A DNA stretch of 64,000 nt from positions 456,101 through 520,100 of the forward strand of contig NC_092677.1 of NCBI RefSeq assembly GCF_964355755.1, in the 5' to 3' direction. Under the pieces are notes generated by a model. It had not been told where the DNA came from and did not search any database. It saw nothing but the letters and a program-made list of their open reading frames with translations. The translations under genes were made by a program, and so were the position numbers. Shown here piece by piece: positions 1 to 11,973 of this stretch. This DNA comes from Antedon mediterranea (Eukaryota > Animalia > Echinodermata). Numbering within the stretch: the first letter of the stretch is position 1; each line of letters starts with the position of its first letter.

Positions 1-2200
1 CAAAACAATTAGGCAAAAGGAAGCTAAACCGTGGTATACCGATGAAATTCGATCTGAAAGGAAAGTACGTCGTCAACTTGAACGTAAATGGATGAAATCA
101 AAGCTTCCTAAGGATAGACAGGAATACTGTGTTCAAAGATGCGTTGTAAATGGACTGATTGAAAAGGCCAAGACGCGGTATTACTCTAGTCTGGTTAGTG
201 ACTGCACAGGTGATCAAAAGAAACTTTTCAATATAGTAAATAAACTTTTACATCACTCCAAGTTATAACTGCTTCTGATAAATGTAATATATCTTATGGT
301 TTAACTAGGTCTATACGGTTTTCTCAGTTCGAACCTGCAAGTGATGAGGACATTTTAAAAATTGTCAAAAATTCTCCCTCTAAATCATGTGCACTTGACC
401 CGGTACCAACTTCACTGATTAAGAAATGTACTTCTGCATTTATTCCATTAATCACACATATTGTTAATAAGTCTCTTGAAAGTGGTTCTTTCCCAGAGTC
501 TCTAAAAGTCACCCATGTTCGACCCACATTGAAAAAAACAGGTCTAGATCCCGAGATTCTGAAAAACTACAGACCTATCTCGAATCTTAGTTTTTTAGGA
601 AAAATAATTGAGAAGGTTGTTTCTAAACGGATTTTGTCGCATGTACAAAAACATGGCCTACTTGATCCGTATCAATCTGCCTACAAAGCGCATCACAGTA
701 CTGAAACGGCATTACTTCGTGTAAATAATGACATCCTACGTGGGATGGATGATGGAAAGCTAACTGCTCTAGTATTATTAGATTTAAGTGCAGCATTTGA
801 TACGGTTGATCATTCTGTGTTGCTAAATAGACTCAGTACTTATATTGGTATTGAAGGAAAAGCACTTGATTGGTGTCGGTCATATTTGGAAAAACGACCT
901 CAACACGTATGTATTGGTGATGCTATTTCAAAAGCTTCTTTTCTAAACTTTTCGGTACCACAAGGATCTGTTCTTGGGCCGCAATGGTTTACTATTTATT
1001 TACACCCGATACGGGATATCATAAGTAAATATGATCTGTGCTATCATGTTTATGCTGATGATACTCAGATTTATATTTCTTTTAAACCTACTATGAAACA
1101 CAGTGACATTTCTTTGGAATTGCTCCAACATTGTATCTATGAATTGCGTGTCTGGATGAAAAACAACTTTCTTAAATTAAATGATGAAAAAACAGAATTT
1201 GTTCTCTTTGGATCAAAACAGCAGTTGGAAAAACTGCCACCAAGCTTTATTCACATTGGTGAAACCCAAATTGACCCGGCTAGGCAGGTTAGAAATCTTG
1301 GGGTTGAAATGGATGTGGGTATGACTATGATTTCTCATATCTCAAAAACTATTTCTGCGTCGTCTTTTCACTTTCGAAGGATTCGTAAGTTTATAAATGA
1401 GACAGCAGCTAAACAACTTGTTCATGCTTTTGTCACTTCACGACTAGATATGGGAAACTCTTTGCTATACGGGCTACCACAAAAACAACTCCACAGGCTC
1501 CAACTGATTCAAAATACAGCGGCACAAGTTGTTAAAAAATTACCAAGATATGGACACATATCAAACACTTTGGAAATATTGCATTGGCTCCCTGTTAGGT
1601 ACCGCATTGTTTTTAAAATATTACTTTTTGTTTTTAAGTCTATAAATGGCATGGCTCCTGAATATATTTCTGACATGCTTAGGCTGTATGTTCCCGGACG
1701 TAATCTGCGCTCTAGTGACTCGCTGCTTCTACATCAGCCTAAGTCTCACCACTCATGGGGTGACAGAGCATTCTCCGTTACTGCTCCTCGTCTGTGGAAT
1801 GCTCTACCGAGCTCTATAAGATTTTGCAAAACTGTTGATACTTTTAAAAAATTATTAAAAACACATTTATTCATTAAGGCATATGGAAATCATGAGGTTT
1901 CTTAAAGTTGTTTAGACTTAGAATTGTTTTGTATACCTTTTCCTGGCCAGCATTATCTTTGGGGTGCCTCTGTCTTGGTTGTTGTCTCTGAGCACCCGGT
2001 CGTCTGTGGCAAGGCAAATGTGTATCCTGCTCCTTTGTTTGGTCACCTAGGTAGGGGTCCGGGACCGCGACAGAATAACAACGGATGGGGACCCTCCAAA
2101 GAAATTGCATTTTATTTGCCAGGAATTTGTATGATTGATTTCTTTTTTATTTTTAAATGCGCCTTGAGCACTCTGGAGTGGTATGTGCGCTATAAAAATC

Positions 2201-2229
<29 letters not shown>
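1..2229 (+). mobile_element. Non-LTR retrotransposon (L2/CR1-group LINE), ORF2 3' part plus 3' UTR and (TTA)n tail; 5' end outside window; degenerate
   Basis: ORF 529-1905 has RT motifs NYRPISNL, LLDLSAAFDTVDH, VPQGSVLGP, YADDTQIY and the C-terminal LHWLP...R..FK...APRLWNALP typical of L2/CR1. Upstream coding remnants PWYTDEIR..RRQLERKW (frame 2) and KSCALDPVPT (frame 1) show a frame break near 270-300. Ends in (tta)n at about 2201-2229. Confidence 0.93.
529..1905 (+). CDS. LINE reverse transcriptase domain (remnant ORF2)
   Basis: 458-aa ORF with YADD catalytic motif; probable small in-frame deletion near FHFRRIRKF. Confidence 0.9.
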   Translation: MKKTGLDPEILKNYRPISNLSFLGKIIEKVVSKRILSHVQKHGLLDPYQSAYKAHHSTETALLRVNNDILRGMDDGKLTALVLLDLSAAFDTVDHSVLLNRLSTYIGIEGKALDWCRSYLEKRPQHVCIGDAISKASFLNFSVPQGSVLGPQWFTIYLHPIRDIISKYDLCYHVYADDTQIYISFKPTMKHSDISLELLQHCIYELRVWMKNNFLKLNDEKTEFVLFGSKQQLEKLPPSFIHIGETQIDPARQVRNLGVEMDVGMTMISHISKTISASSFHFRRIRKFINETAAKQLVHAFVTSRLDMGNSLLYGLPQKQLHRLQLIQNTAAQVVKKLPRYGHISNTLEILHWLPVRYRIVFKILLFVFKSINGMAPEYISDMLRLYVPGRNLRSSDSLLLHQPKSHHSWGDRAFSVTAPRLWNALPSSIRFCKTVDTFKKLLKTHLFIKAYGNHEVS

Positions 2230-2233
<4 letters not shown>

Positions 2234-2250
2234 TTCTTTTTCATTTTTAG

Positions 2251-5200
2251 GTTTACTGCTCTCCATTCAGAACAATATAAACACCAAACTGATCTCCAGT
2301 TCATGTTTTCATATTGTGCCATACAGCGAGTCTCATATGGCCAACCTAGGGGGTGACATTTGCCGTGTGTCGGACACTGACCGACACATTAGTCTGCTCA
2401 ATCAGGGTAGGTTTTACACAAATCCTGAATTAGAACAAATTGTTGTGGTGACTTTGGTTGGTGTTGAAGCTATGAAGTTGACTGGTGCTTATGTGGATAA
2501 GATTCTTGGATTTTCAACCACAGTAAGTAGCTCTTGATCATTTAAACTAATTTAATAGTTTACTAGGTACAGACTTAGCTCATTCAGTACATTAAATACG
2601 GAAGACTCAATTTTTAAAAATAATTTTCTACTTTTTTTGTTAAAATTATGATTTATAATAACTTATGCTTTGTTTAGGGTATAGAGTTACTTGGTATGAA
2701 ATGGCTTCCTTCTCTAACATCAGCTCAAGCTAAGGAAATGACTCCATTTGAAGTTGGAGATCGCCACTGGCATTCAAGCCTACAAACTTTGACCTCTAAC
2801 CCTGTCGTTATTAATGTAATGCGTGGGGTCGATGCATTCCAACGTCTGCGCTCTATTCTTAGAATCAACTTAAATATGCCAATCAGTCGCTCTCAACCTC
2901 CATGTCTTGAAAAACTGATATCGCCAACTGCAGAACTGGCTTATCGTCAAACCGTTGTCTTCTTCTCGGATCGTGAACTATTTTCCGACCCAACAGTGCG
3001 GATTAATTTGCAATATCAACCACCATTACGAAACCCGAATCTCCAATCTGTGTCTACTGCTCGTTTCATGTGGGCAGATGACCCTGTGTCATCGCCGGGG
3101 AAAAGTAGAGGACGTGTTGGAAAGTCAGGGAAGAAATCGTTTGTTGTGGAGGAATCTGTTTTTAAGTCTATGACAGCAGGTAAGCCTTTGATAACTAGAC
3201 TAAGTTAGATTAGATTAAGCTACAGTAGATTAGACTAGACTAGATTATGCCAAAGCTAGACTAGACTAAAGCTAGATTAGACTAAGCTAGATTAGAATTA
3301 AAGTTACTGTAGATTACACTAGACAAGATTTGACTAAGCTAGGATAGACTAGATTATACTAAGCTAGGTTAGATTAAGCTAGATTAGACTAGACTAGATT
3401 ATACTAAGCTAGAATAGACTAAAGCTAGATTAGAATTAAAGTTACTGTAGATTACATTAGACTAGATTAGACTAAGCTAGGATAGACTAGATCAGACTAA
3501 GCTAAACTAGACTAGAATTAAAATTACTGTAGATTACTAGATTAGACTAAGCTAGACCAGACTAAACTGGAATGCCTGAACTTTTCAACCATATTAACAA
3601 TTGACATTTGTATTGACAGGACCAAGACCAATAACAACATTAGCTGTTATCAAGCCATACTCAATTGAGCGTAATCTGGTAAAGATCTTGAAGTACATGA
3701 CACGTGAAGGATTCAAAGTAGTTGGATTAAGACTGGTACAAATGAGCAGAGACCAAGCGCTTGCTTTGATTCCTAACTCATTCAAGACGGTAATAACATA
3801 TGTTTATTACTACAGTATTATTGTATAATCACTATAATGATAGTACCTAATTATATTTTTACTTGTATATTCTATAAAATCAAATAAACAAACAAAAAAT
3901 TAAGATCAAGAAGAGAATAAAACAATTCAACAACACTTACTAAAGAAAAATAAATTTAATAAAGACTGAAATGATATACAGGGACACAAAGGTAAACTGA
4001 ATCACTAAACTAAACAAGTCTTAAAAATTACAATAACATGTGCACAATAATGGCTTCACATTTATTGTTATCCATTTCAGATTGACCGGTACATAGAGTT
4101 CCATACTGAATTATTGACAACAAATCCATCAATGGTGCTGTGTCTTCAACGTGAGAATGCTGTCAAGAAACTGTTAGACTTATGCGGCCCTGAGGATCCA
4201 AAACACTGTAAATCTATTAACCAGTTTCTGTGGAGAGGCATCTTTGGAAAGGATGTTATTAGGAATGGTCTGCATGGTAAGAAATGCGTTCACTGTTGGT
4301 GTTAGTAGTATGAGTATTTAATAATTGTCAAGGTAGGCAGGGTTTGTGTTAAGATTTAAGATGAAGGGAACTTAAGAACAATTATAGTGGAGACCATTTT
4401 GGTATGTACAATTTAAGGAAGTCTCTAGCTTAGCTAAAAAATTAGCTAAGATAAAAATAATACTCAAAATTCATTTTAAATTTTGATTTATTATAAATAG
4501 AGAGAGATATAAGTGTACATAATATACATAAAAATGGCAATTGAGAAGGAGCCATTATTTTGTTTATTTGATTACATTTTTTCTTTTATGTAGTTTCTAA
4601 TAGTTATAGTGCAGCTGTTCAAGAAGAGAAACTGTTTTTTCCAACCGGACTTTGTTGTGAATCAACTCCAGATCTTGTGGCAGACGGGGTAAGAACAGAA
4701 ACTTAAGAACCTTAACATAATAGATATTTAACAGTAGAAATATCTGTAGCATAACTTGATATACCTTGATCTTAAGAAATAGTTTGTTGTTTTTGTAGAT
4801 CCATTGTCCATCACAAGACAAGATTTGTGGAGCTAAAGGACAGAAATTTATGAAGAAAAATACAAAGAAGGAAAATAGGGAAGATTACGTGTTCCTAGCA
4901 GGTACATTTTTTAAATATTGTAAAAAAAAAATATAACAGGAATATTTTTATATTGCTTGTTATAAATTAATTTTTATTTAATTAATTTAATTTGAGATTG
5001 GTTAGGATTCAAAAATTTGAGCAGGTAGTTGTGGGGAGAGAATAACAATTGTAAAAACCAAGTGCTAAACTTATATTATTACTAAATAATTATATTCTAA
5101 TTTTATTCTATCATTTCTAAAATAAAACAAAAAGGGTGGTTCCACCAAAATCTGTAAATTTGTTCACATAAAAATAAATTGCTTACATGTTTCCATTTTT

Positions 5201-6864
5201 AGCTCACAGTGGCCTCTGTGAAACAACCTGTGTCGTGCTGACTCCTCCCCTAATCCTACAAACCAATCAGAATAACCAGAATATGTATGTTGACATTTTG
5301 GACAAGTTAGTGTCTGCTGGATTTGAGGTTGTGGGAGCTCGTATGATTTGTCTGACGGAAAAACAAGCTGGAAAAGTTTTGAATATTTACAAGAGTTCGA
5401 TGGACAAGTTGGTGAGTAACACTACATAGAGTTGTAGATTGGTGATTAACGAGTTTGACGTCTAAGGTCCAGGATTCAAATCCTGAACTAGTACCTGTTT
5501 CTACTCCATTCCCTAAGCCTCAAATGAGAAATTATCATGATTAGTGAGTTATGATACTTGCTGTGGCATGTGTTTAGAATAAAATAAAACAAACAAATCG
5601 GGATTATAAAGTGTATACATACAATACCGTATATAGTTAATAATGGAGAAAGTAAAATAATTCAGTAATTGTTTGGAAAACTTGGGACTGTTTAGTATTA
5701 GGCAATTCTACAGGTTTCTATACATTTATCTATTGCAGCTAGCTCATCTGATAACATCTTCAATTTTATAAATACTCCATAATTCACTGTACTTTGATTT
5801 AGAGTTGCATTACATTGTTGTGTGTTCCCTTAGGTGTCTGTCCACACTAAGCCATCCTTGGTGCTTGCACTCGAAAGGGACAATGCGGTTTCTTGCTGGG
5901 ATACAATTTTGAAAAGGTAACAACATAATCTTTATCATACACTTTGTCTACTTTTCAAATATTGTTATATTGTAAAAGTTATTATTAGTTATTACATTAT
6001 TAAGTTTAAAGCTCTGTCTACACTATCAAACTAGTTGGACAAAAAAAATGTGATGTACCCAAATATGGTAGTAATATCCCCAAATATGGTAGTAATATGA
6101 TGTCATCGTGTCCATGTATGGGCACATCACATTAAGTTTGATAGTATGGACATAGCTTAATACATTTCTAAACATTCACAGCTCTGTAGTATCATCTGAA
6201 ATTCTATTGAAATATGCAGAAGACATTTTGAGACCACTTACACAATCTCAGGTATTTCATTTTATCTTTTCCATGCGAAATTTGCATTTTATTTCCATTC
6301 AAGTTAGCATTGTGTATGAACAAAGGTTTCCTTAATGTGGAGTCATTTGCCTCTTTTTTTCTATTATATTGTATTTGGGTTTTTTTTTCATACAAAGAGA
6401 AGCTAGAAATTCATAGAACTCTTTTCGTGTCTTATTTTATGGCTGTGATCAGCTACTGCAACAATTGAAAACGTTTCTAATATATCTTTAAAATTACTAA
6501 TCTTTCAATTTTATTACGGGTCAGAGATCATAATGATGATATATGAAATATAAATTAACCAATTCAGATACTAAAAGAATCTTCTCGTGTATAAAATTTA
6601 AATACATTTAACTACATGTACATAGGAAGTATTCTCCTCCTGTACAATAAATACATTAACTAAACAAAATAGTATGAAATTATAAATAATTAAAACATAT
6701 AAACAGCAATAATGATCTGAATTGTGATTTAGTCGCAAAAGTAAGAATGTTAAGGAGCACTAATATTAATATTATTAACTTTATTATAGGCACACACTGC
6801 TCTTGGGTTTTTCTTTGATGAGTTGTGTAATTCCAGTCATGGAGAAATTATTCATGAAAAGTAA
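2251..6864 (+). CDS. 3' part of a multi-NDK (nucleoside diphosphate kinase-like) domain protein, possibly axonemal; exons 2251-2522, 2678-3179, 3620-3789, 4081-4276, 4594-4688, 4799-4901, 5203-5411, 5834-5916, 6182-6250, 6790-6864
   Basis: GT-AG exons join in phase. NDK-like segments: TTLAVIKP...GFKVVGLRL, MVLCLQRENAVKKLLDLCGPEDP, RGIFGKDVIRNGLHVSNSYSAAVQEEKLFF, a further repeat GFEVVGARMICLT...LALERDNAV, and terminal AHTALGFFF..K*. Confidence 0.8.
3192..3570. repeat. Intronic degenerate pentanucleotide repeat (ACTAG/ATTAG/GCTAG)n
   Basis: About 380 bp of agact/agatt/aagct units with a recurring gaattaaagttactgtagattac block. Confidence 0.9.
6009..6158. mobile_element. MITE family A, copy 1
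   Basis: TIR aagctctgtctacactatcaaact / agtttgatagtatggacatagctt, flanked by TA/TAA-like sites; homologous copies elsewhere in the window. Confidence 0.8.
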
Positions 6865-7110
6865 GGATATGAATATGCATAAAAACATGACTATGCATAA
6901 AACATAAATATGCATTAAACATGAATATTCATTAGCACATTCATGATGATGCATACAACTATGAATATGCAAAAAAAAAAATGAATGCATAAATACATTA
7001 GTGTGCAAGAATACATGAATTTGCATAAAATTCATGAATATTCATTAGCACTTACATGAATATGCATACAAACATGAATATTTATTAGCACAAATATAAA
7101 TATGTATTTA
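6865..7110. repeat. Low-complexity repeat (atgaatatgcat-like) just downstream of the NDK-gene stop
   Basis: Repeated catgaatat(gc/tc)at units; explains spurious ORF 6784-7035. Confidence 0.7.
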
Positions 7111-7369
7111 ATTTAGGATTTACTTGTTATGCAATATTATTTTATTTAATGACTAATTTATAAAAAGCCTCATTGTTATAAATTAATGACTAAATAAATT
7201 ACTAAATTAGTAAATAAATTTATTAACACACCCATTTTTGTAAATAATTTGAAGATATCCAAATTGGAATTCATAATATCGACAAAATAGTTAATTGTTA
7301 ATATAAAAATATATATAATATACAGATTTTAATTTGTAGTTGATGTTTAGAATGTAAATATGGTATCTT

Positions 7370-7730
7370 TACAACACCGAAACATTCCAATGTAATGCCG
7401 TCCACTGGTAACGTAGTTAATGTTACAAAATATTTTTAGGATAGAAAATATTTTTATTATACATATTCCAGTTAGTTGTATATCACATCACTTTTAAGTA
7501 AGCATACTTAAATCTCACCGATACATTCCATAAGTAATGCCGTCCACTGGTAACAATGTTATTGTTGCATAATATTTTTGGGATGTTAATACTAGAAAAT
7601 CTTTATAACATGTGTTTTTGTTTGTTATATAACAATACCACATTGCTTTTAAGTAAGTGTACTTAAATCTCACCGATACATTCCAAATGTTATGCCGTCC
7701 ACTGGTAACAATGTTACATAATATTTCATA
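7370..7730. repeat. Three-copy degenerate tandem repeat (about 140-155 bp period)
   Basis: caccga(t/a)acattcca...atgccgtccactggtaac occurs at about 7375, 7516 and 7671. Confidence 0.8.
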
Positions 7731-8253
7731 GTTTGTATCTTGAAAGTAAAATGAATATTCAAAAGTTTAAAATACCAACATTTAATGATGGAAAATCTTT
7801 CCATTCATTTTTTCGTATTCGAAATTTGTGTATATATTTGTTCTAAAGTCTGTATATTTATGATTGAAAAGAATTTATAAAGGTTTATTTGTTATTGAAT
7901 TTGTCTACTGAAAGTGTTTTGATTTTATGAATCTAAAGTTAAAACAGTCGGACAGTCGGTCATGTCGGTCGATCAAGTCATGTACTGTCAATTCATGCCA
8001 TGTCGGTCGGTCGGTCAAGCCAAGTCATGTCCTGTCACGTTATAACACGCTAACAAATATTTAAAGAAATGCAAGTATCATATTCATAATCAATGGAAAC
8101 ATAAAAATAGAATTTATTAAAAAAAAGTGTAATGTTTGTGAATCATTATTACTGTACATTTAAACTACACACATATAGGTACAACGTTTGCATTATGGTT
8201 TACTACATACTATCTTCCTTTCTTTTCTGTACATAATGTCTATTTTGCATATA

Positions 8254-8360
8254 AAGCTCTGTCTACACTATCAAAAAAAGTGATGTGCCCATGAATGGAC
8301 ACGATGTCATACTGCTATACCATATTTTGTCAAACTAGTTTGATAGTGTAGACGGAGCTT
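8254..8360. mobile_element. MITE family A, copy 2
   Basis: ta|aagctctgtctacactatcaaa ... tttgatagtgtagacggagctt|ta. Confidence 0.8.
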
Positions 8361-8903
8361 TACCTAGTCATAAACTCATGTTTATATACAGTACTGTACT
8401 GTTGTTGCATTGACTTTGAACATAATATTGGTAGTTCTATTTTGTTACTTTTAACTCATCCGCAAGATCGTCCCCCTTCAATCGTCCCCCTTCAATCGTC
8501 CCCCTTCAATCGTTTGAATTGTGTGCTTTGTACTTCTTGTATTGTATTTTTGCTTATATTTTAAATATATCTAATACAATGCATAGTCTATAATAATAGG
8601 TGCTGCTGTTACGGTTAGTACACACTGGAGCAGTGTTCATGTGCGCTAAGCGTTCGTGCACGCTTGACGCGTACATACGCGTACAATATTGTGTGAATCG
8701 TCATTATTTACGTTCACCACTTATTACAACGTAGAAAGAACGTAGCACCAATAGGATGTACATCTATTATTGTAAAATTCATCCAGTATCCAATACATCG
8801 TATCATAATTATACATTTTATTAATAAGAATTGTAAATAAACATAACATTTACACTTGTACAGTAGTTTCACCTTAATTAAGTACTAGGACATAAAGTGA
8901 TGT

Positions 8904-11900
8904 CTACTTAGCTACATGAACTGCTGCAGGTACCTCATTTGCATAGGTTATTGGCGTCTTTCGAATGACCTGAACCATAAAATTGTACACAAATACAGTA
9001 TTACTGCAGGATACTGTTCATTGATGGCAAGAGGTGATTATGTTCTCATGTTTATGTTGATGAATTGTTACATCAAATTGTGACGTCATATAATTACATC
9101 ATTAACACTAGAGATATCATTAACATCATTAATACTAAATTAATGTTAAATTGTGTTTTACAAATGCACTGCTTTGCTTTTGTATGCTTTTTTGTTTGAC
9201 AATCTTGACTGTTCCAAAATATCTGGGCCAATCTACAAAAAAAGTGTTAAATAATGTTAATTATTTAAGAAAAAAGTTCGTTAAACTACGCTAAACTGTT
9301 TTCAATGGTCGTTTTATATGGAAATTTATAAAATAGAGAACCAATTAACATCTTAAATATGAACTGTTTGATTAACTATATTTAAGAAAATTATTCATAG
9401 AAAAAACCAATTTAGTGTAATGTTTTAGAACTCGTAAACTGAAGGGCCTCTCATCAGAAAATGATTCATAAATATCAATAGAAATACCATTCTTAGATTA
9501 AGTAACGTCCCACTTAACTAATCCCTCTATTGTCATTAATTGTTAACTACACAAAGTCATAGAAAGTAGTTTGCTTGTACCAGACGTAAAAAGTAGTTTG
9601 CTTACCCCAGACGTTGTGTCCGATGAATCGTCTTTTTCTTTTAGACCAACAAACTCAATTTCATTGTACGAAAATCCGGACTTCATGCTAATAACGAATT
9701 AATGAAAATATCTTAATATTAGAGTATAAAATTTGGATCAAATAATAATGATGCTGACGTCATAATGTATAGTAGGTTTATACGAAACTACGCGTGAAAA
9801 CTAAATCAAAAAAGGGCAAATTTACAGGAAACTGACAGAAGTACCAATCTTTCGAAAAACTCTTCATTTGACATTGAAACAAAGTGACATTATTCGGTAA
9901 AAGTTTAGTATTTATGGAATCTGAGATCTGACGATTCTGGTATACTTTACTGATATTTCTAAAGTAAAGGTTTAGTAGTGGCGTTTAACTAGGATTAAAT
10001 GAATTGATGATAATGTCAAATACCTGTATTATAACAAATAAATAAACTTACGTAGAATCATCGTATTTATCTGAAAAAGAAACAAGATAATCCATAATAA
10101 AATAAAGTCATCCATAATAATTACAGGATTGATACAACAAACACAATATATTAATTTAAAACACTATAATATCTACACAAAAGAATACATTTTGGTAAAA
10201 TTACCGTGACGAAGTCGAAAACCTTTTACGAATATTTCCTACGGTATTTTGCACGTACAAAGGGAATTAAGGTAATACACGTTCTTGACAGACAGTTTAA
10301 TTCATATATAAATTGATATGCATACTTACATCCTTTTGGCATTCGAGACCGCCTTTTACAAAATAAAAGACAGAAAATGATTAGAACGATAAGAAAGATG
10401 AAACCAGTCGTACACGCTGAGATAATGATGATGGTCATTGGCTCCAGTAGTGGTACTAAACAAAACATAAATGAATAATCACAATAAATATGTTTTCACA
10501 TGTTAAACTCATTTGTCTTCTTACTCTACCGACAATTACACAACAACAATACACACTGTACATACAATACATTTGAACGCGCGCGTCGAAGTTAGACTCC
10601 TTCATGGGATTTCAATCAGTTCTAATAATTAACTGCACTGTAATACTGCAATGGAAACTAAATAATAAAAGATTTGTTATGCCACTTTTCCAGCAAAGGT
10701 AAGACTATAATATAGAGTTATAATAACATTTATGTTTCGTACCAATTGTTACTACTATGCCGTTACCTTTTATGTGAATACGGAAACTCGCGGAACTTGG
10801 GAACGGAATTCCGCCTCGCACTCGACAAGTATATTTCATATTATCATCCATTAGGCTCGCATCAATTATCTCTATGTTCGCAGACGATGACAATTTAACT
10901 CCATTTTTGTACCACTCGTACGAATATGTATCTGCTGATTCGCACTCGTTTACACTGCAGACTAACGTCATTGATTTTCCTTCTTTTAGTGAAACCGATT
11001 CACCCTCAATAGTACGACCTGTCTTCATGTCACTCACGGTGGCATATCCACAGGAGTCTAGAGAAAGCAACAACAAAATATTTTACAAATTTAGCTAATC
11101 AACTGTACATATTAAACAAGATTTCTAGAAAAAAAAGTTACAAGTAGAGAAAAATAGTAATAATACAAGCATGGAAAAATTCCTCTATGTTAATATTGAT
11201 TTTGAATTCCCAACTTTATGTATTTGGCTAGATAATTAAGACGTATGATATTTCTAAGATCTAGAAAAGTGAGATATCTTAGGTCTTACTTTGATAGATC
11301 TTAATTTCTACACACTCTTTTTTTTCAAGTTTGCATTTTTTCAGGAACTTGTTTTGAACCTTTCAGTTTATATATGTGGTATTTTTTACCACATATTTTT
11401 ACGTCAGTAAGAATTCAGAGGAATGTGGAAAGTAGACATTAATTCGCAGTAAAGGCCGAATTGAATAAATATTGGCCTCCTCCTACCTCCAATGATTACA
11501 CTAGTCATTTTCTGCATGTGGCCGACTGGATTCGTAGCAGTCAGTGTCAGTTCGTACGACTTGCCAACTTCTTCCTCAGGAACGTAGAAGGTAAAGGAAG
11601 ACGTGGTCATTCCTTCCACTACATGTCCATCTTTTGTCCACATCAGGCTTGCTGGTGGGTTTGATTCCACCTCAAACGTAACGGTAACGTTCTGGTTGAT
11701 TACTGTCTTGGTGACACTTATGTCATTGATAACTGGTGAAACTGTAAGAAGAGTGTATAATATGGTAATACAGTTATTTTTTTATAAGTTTTATATTTCA
11801 TTTCCAAAAACACAAAAGGCCATCATACCAGCTTTATTAAATAATATGCCTACATAAGCTTACTATCAATTTTCTATTTTAGATACATTGCCCTTCCCTC

Positions 11901-11939
11901 CTCATCAAGAGAACAATTGAAACATTGATTGATTGATTG

Positions 11940-11973
<34 letters not shown>

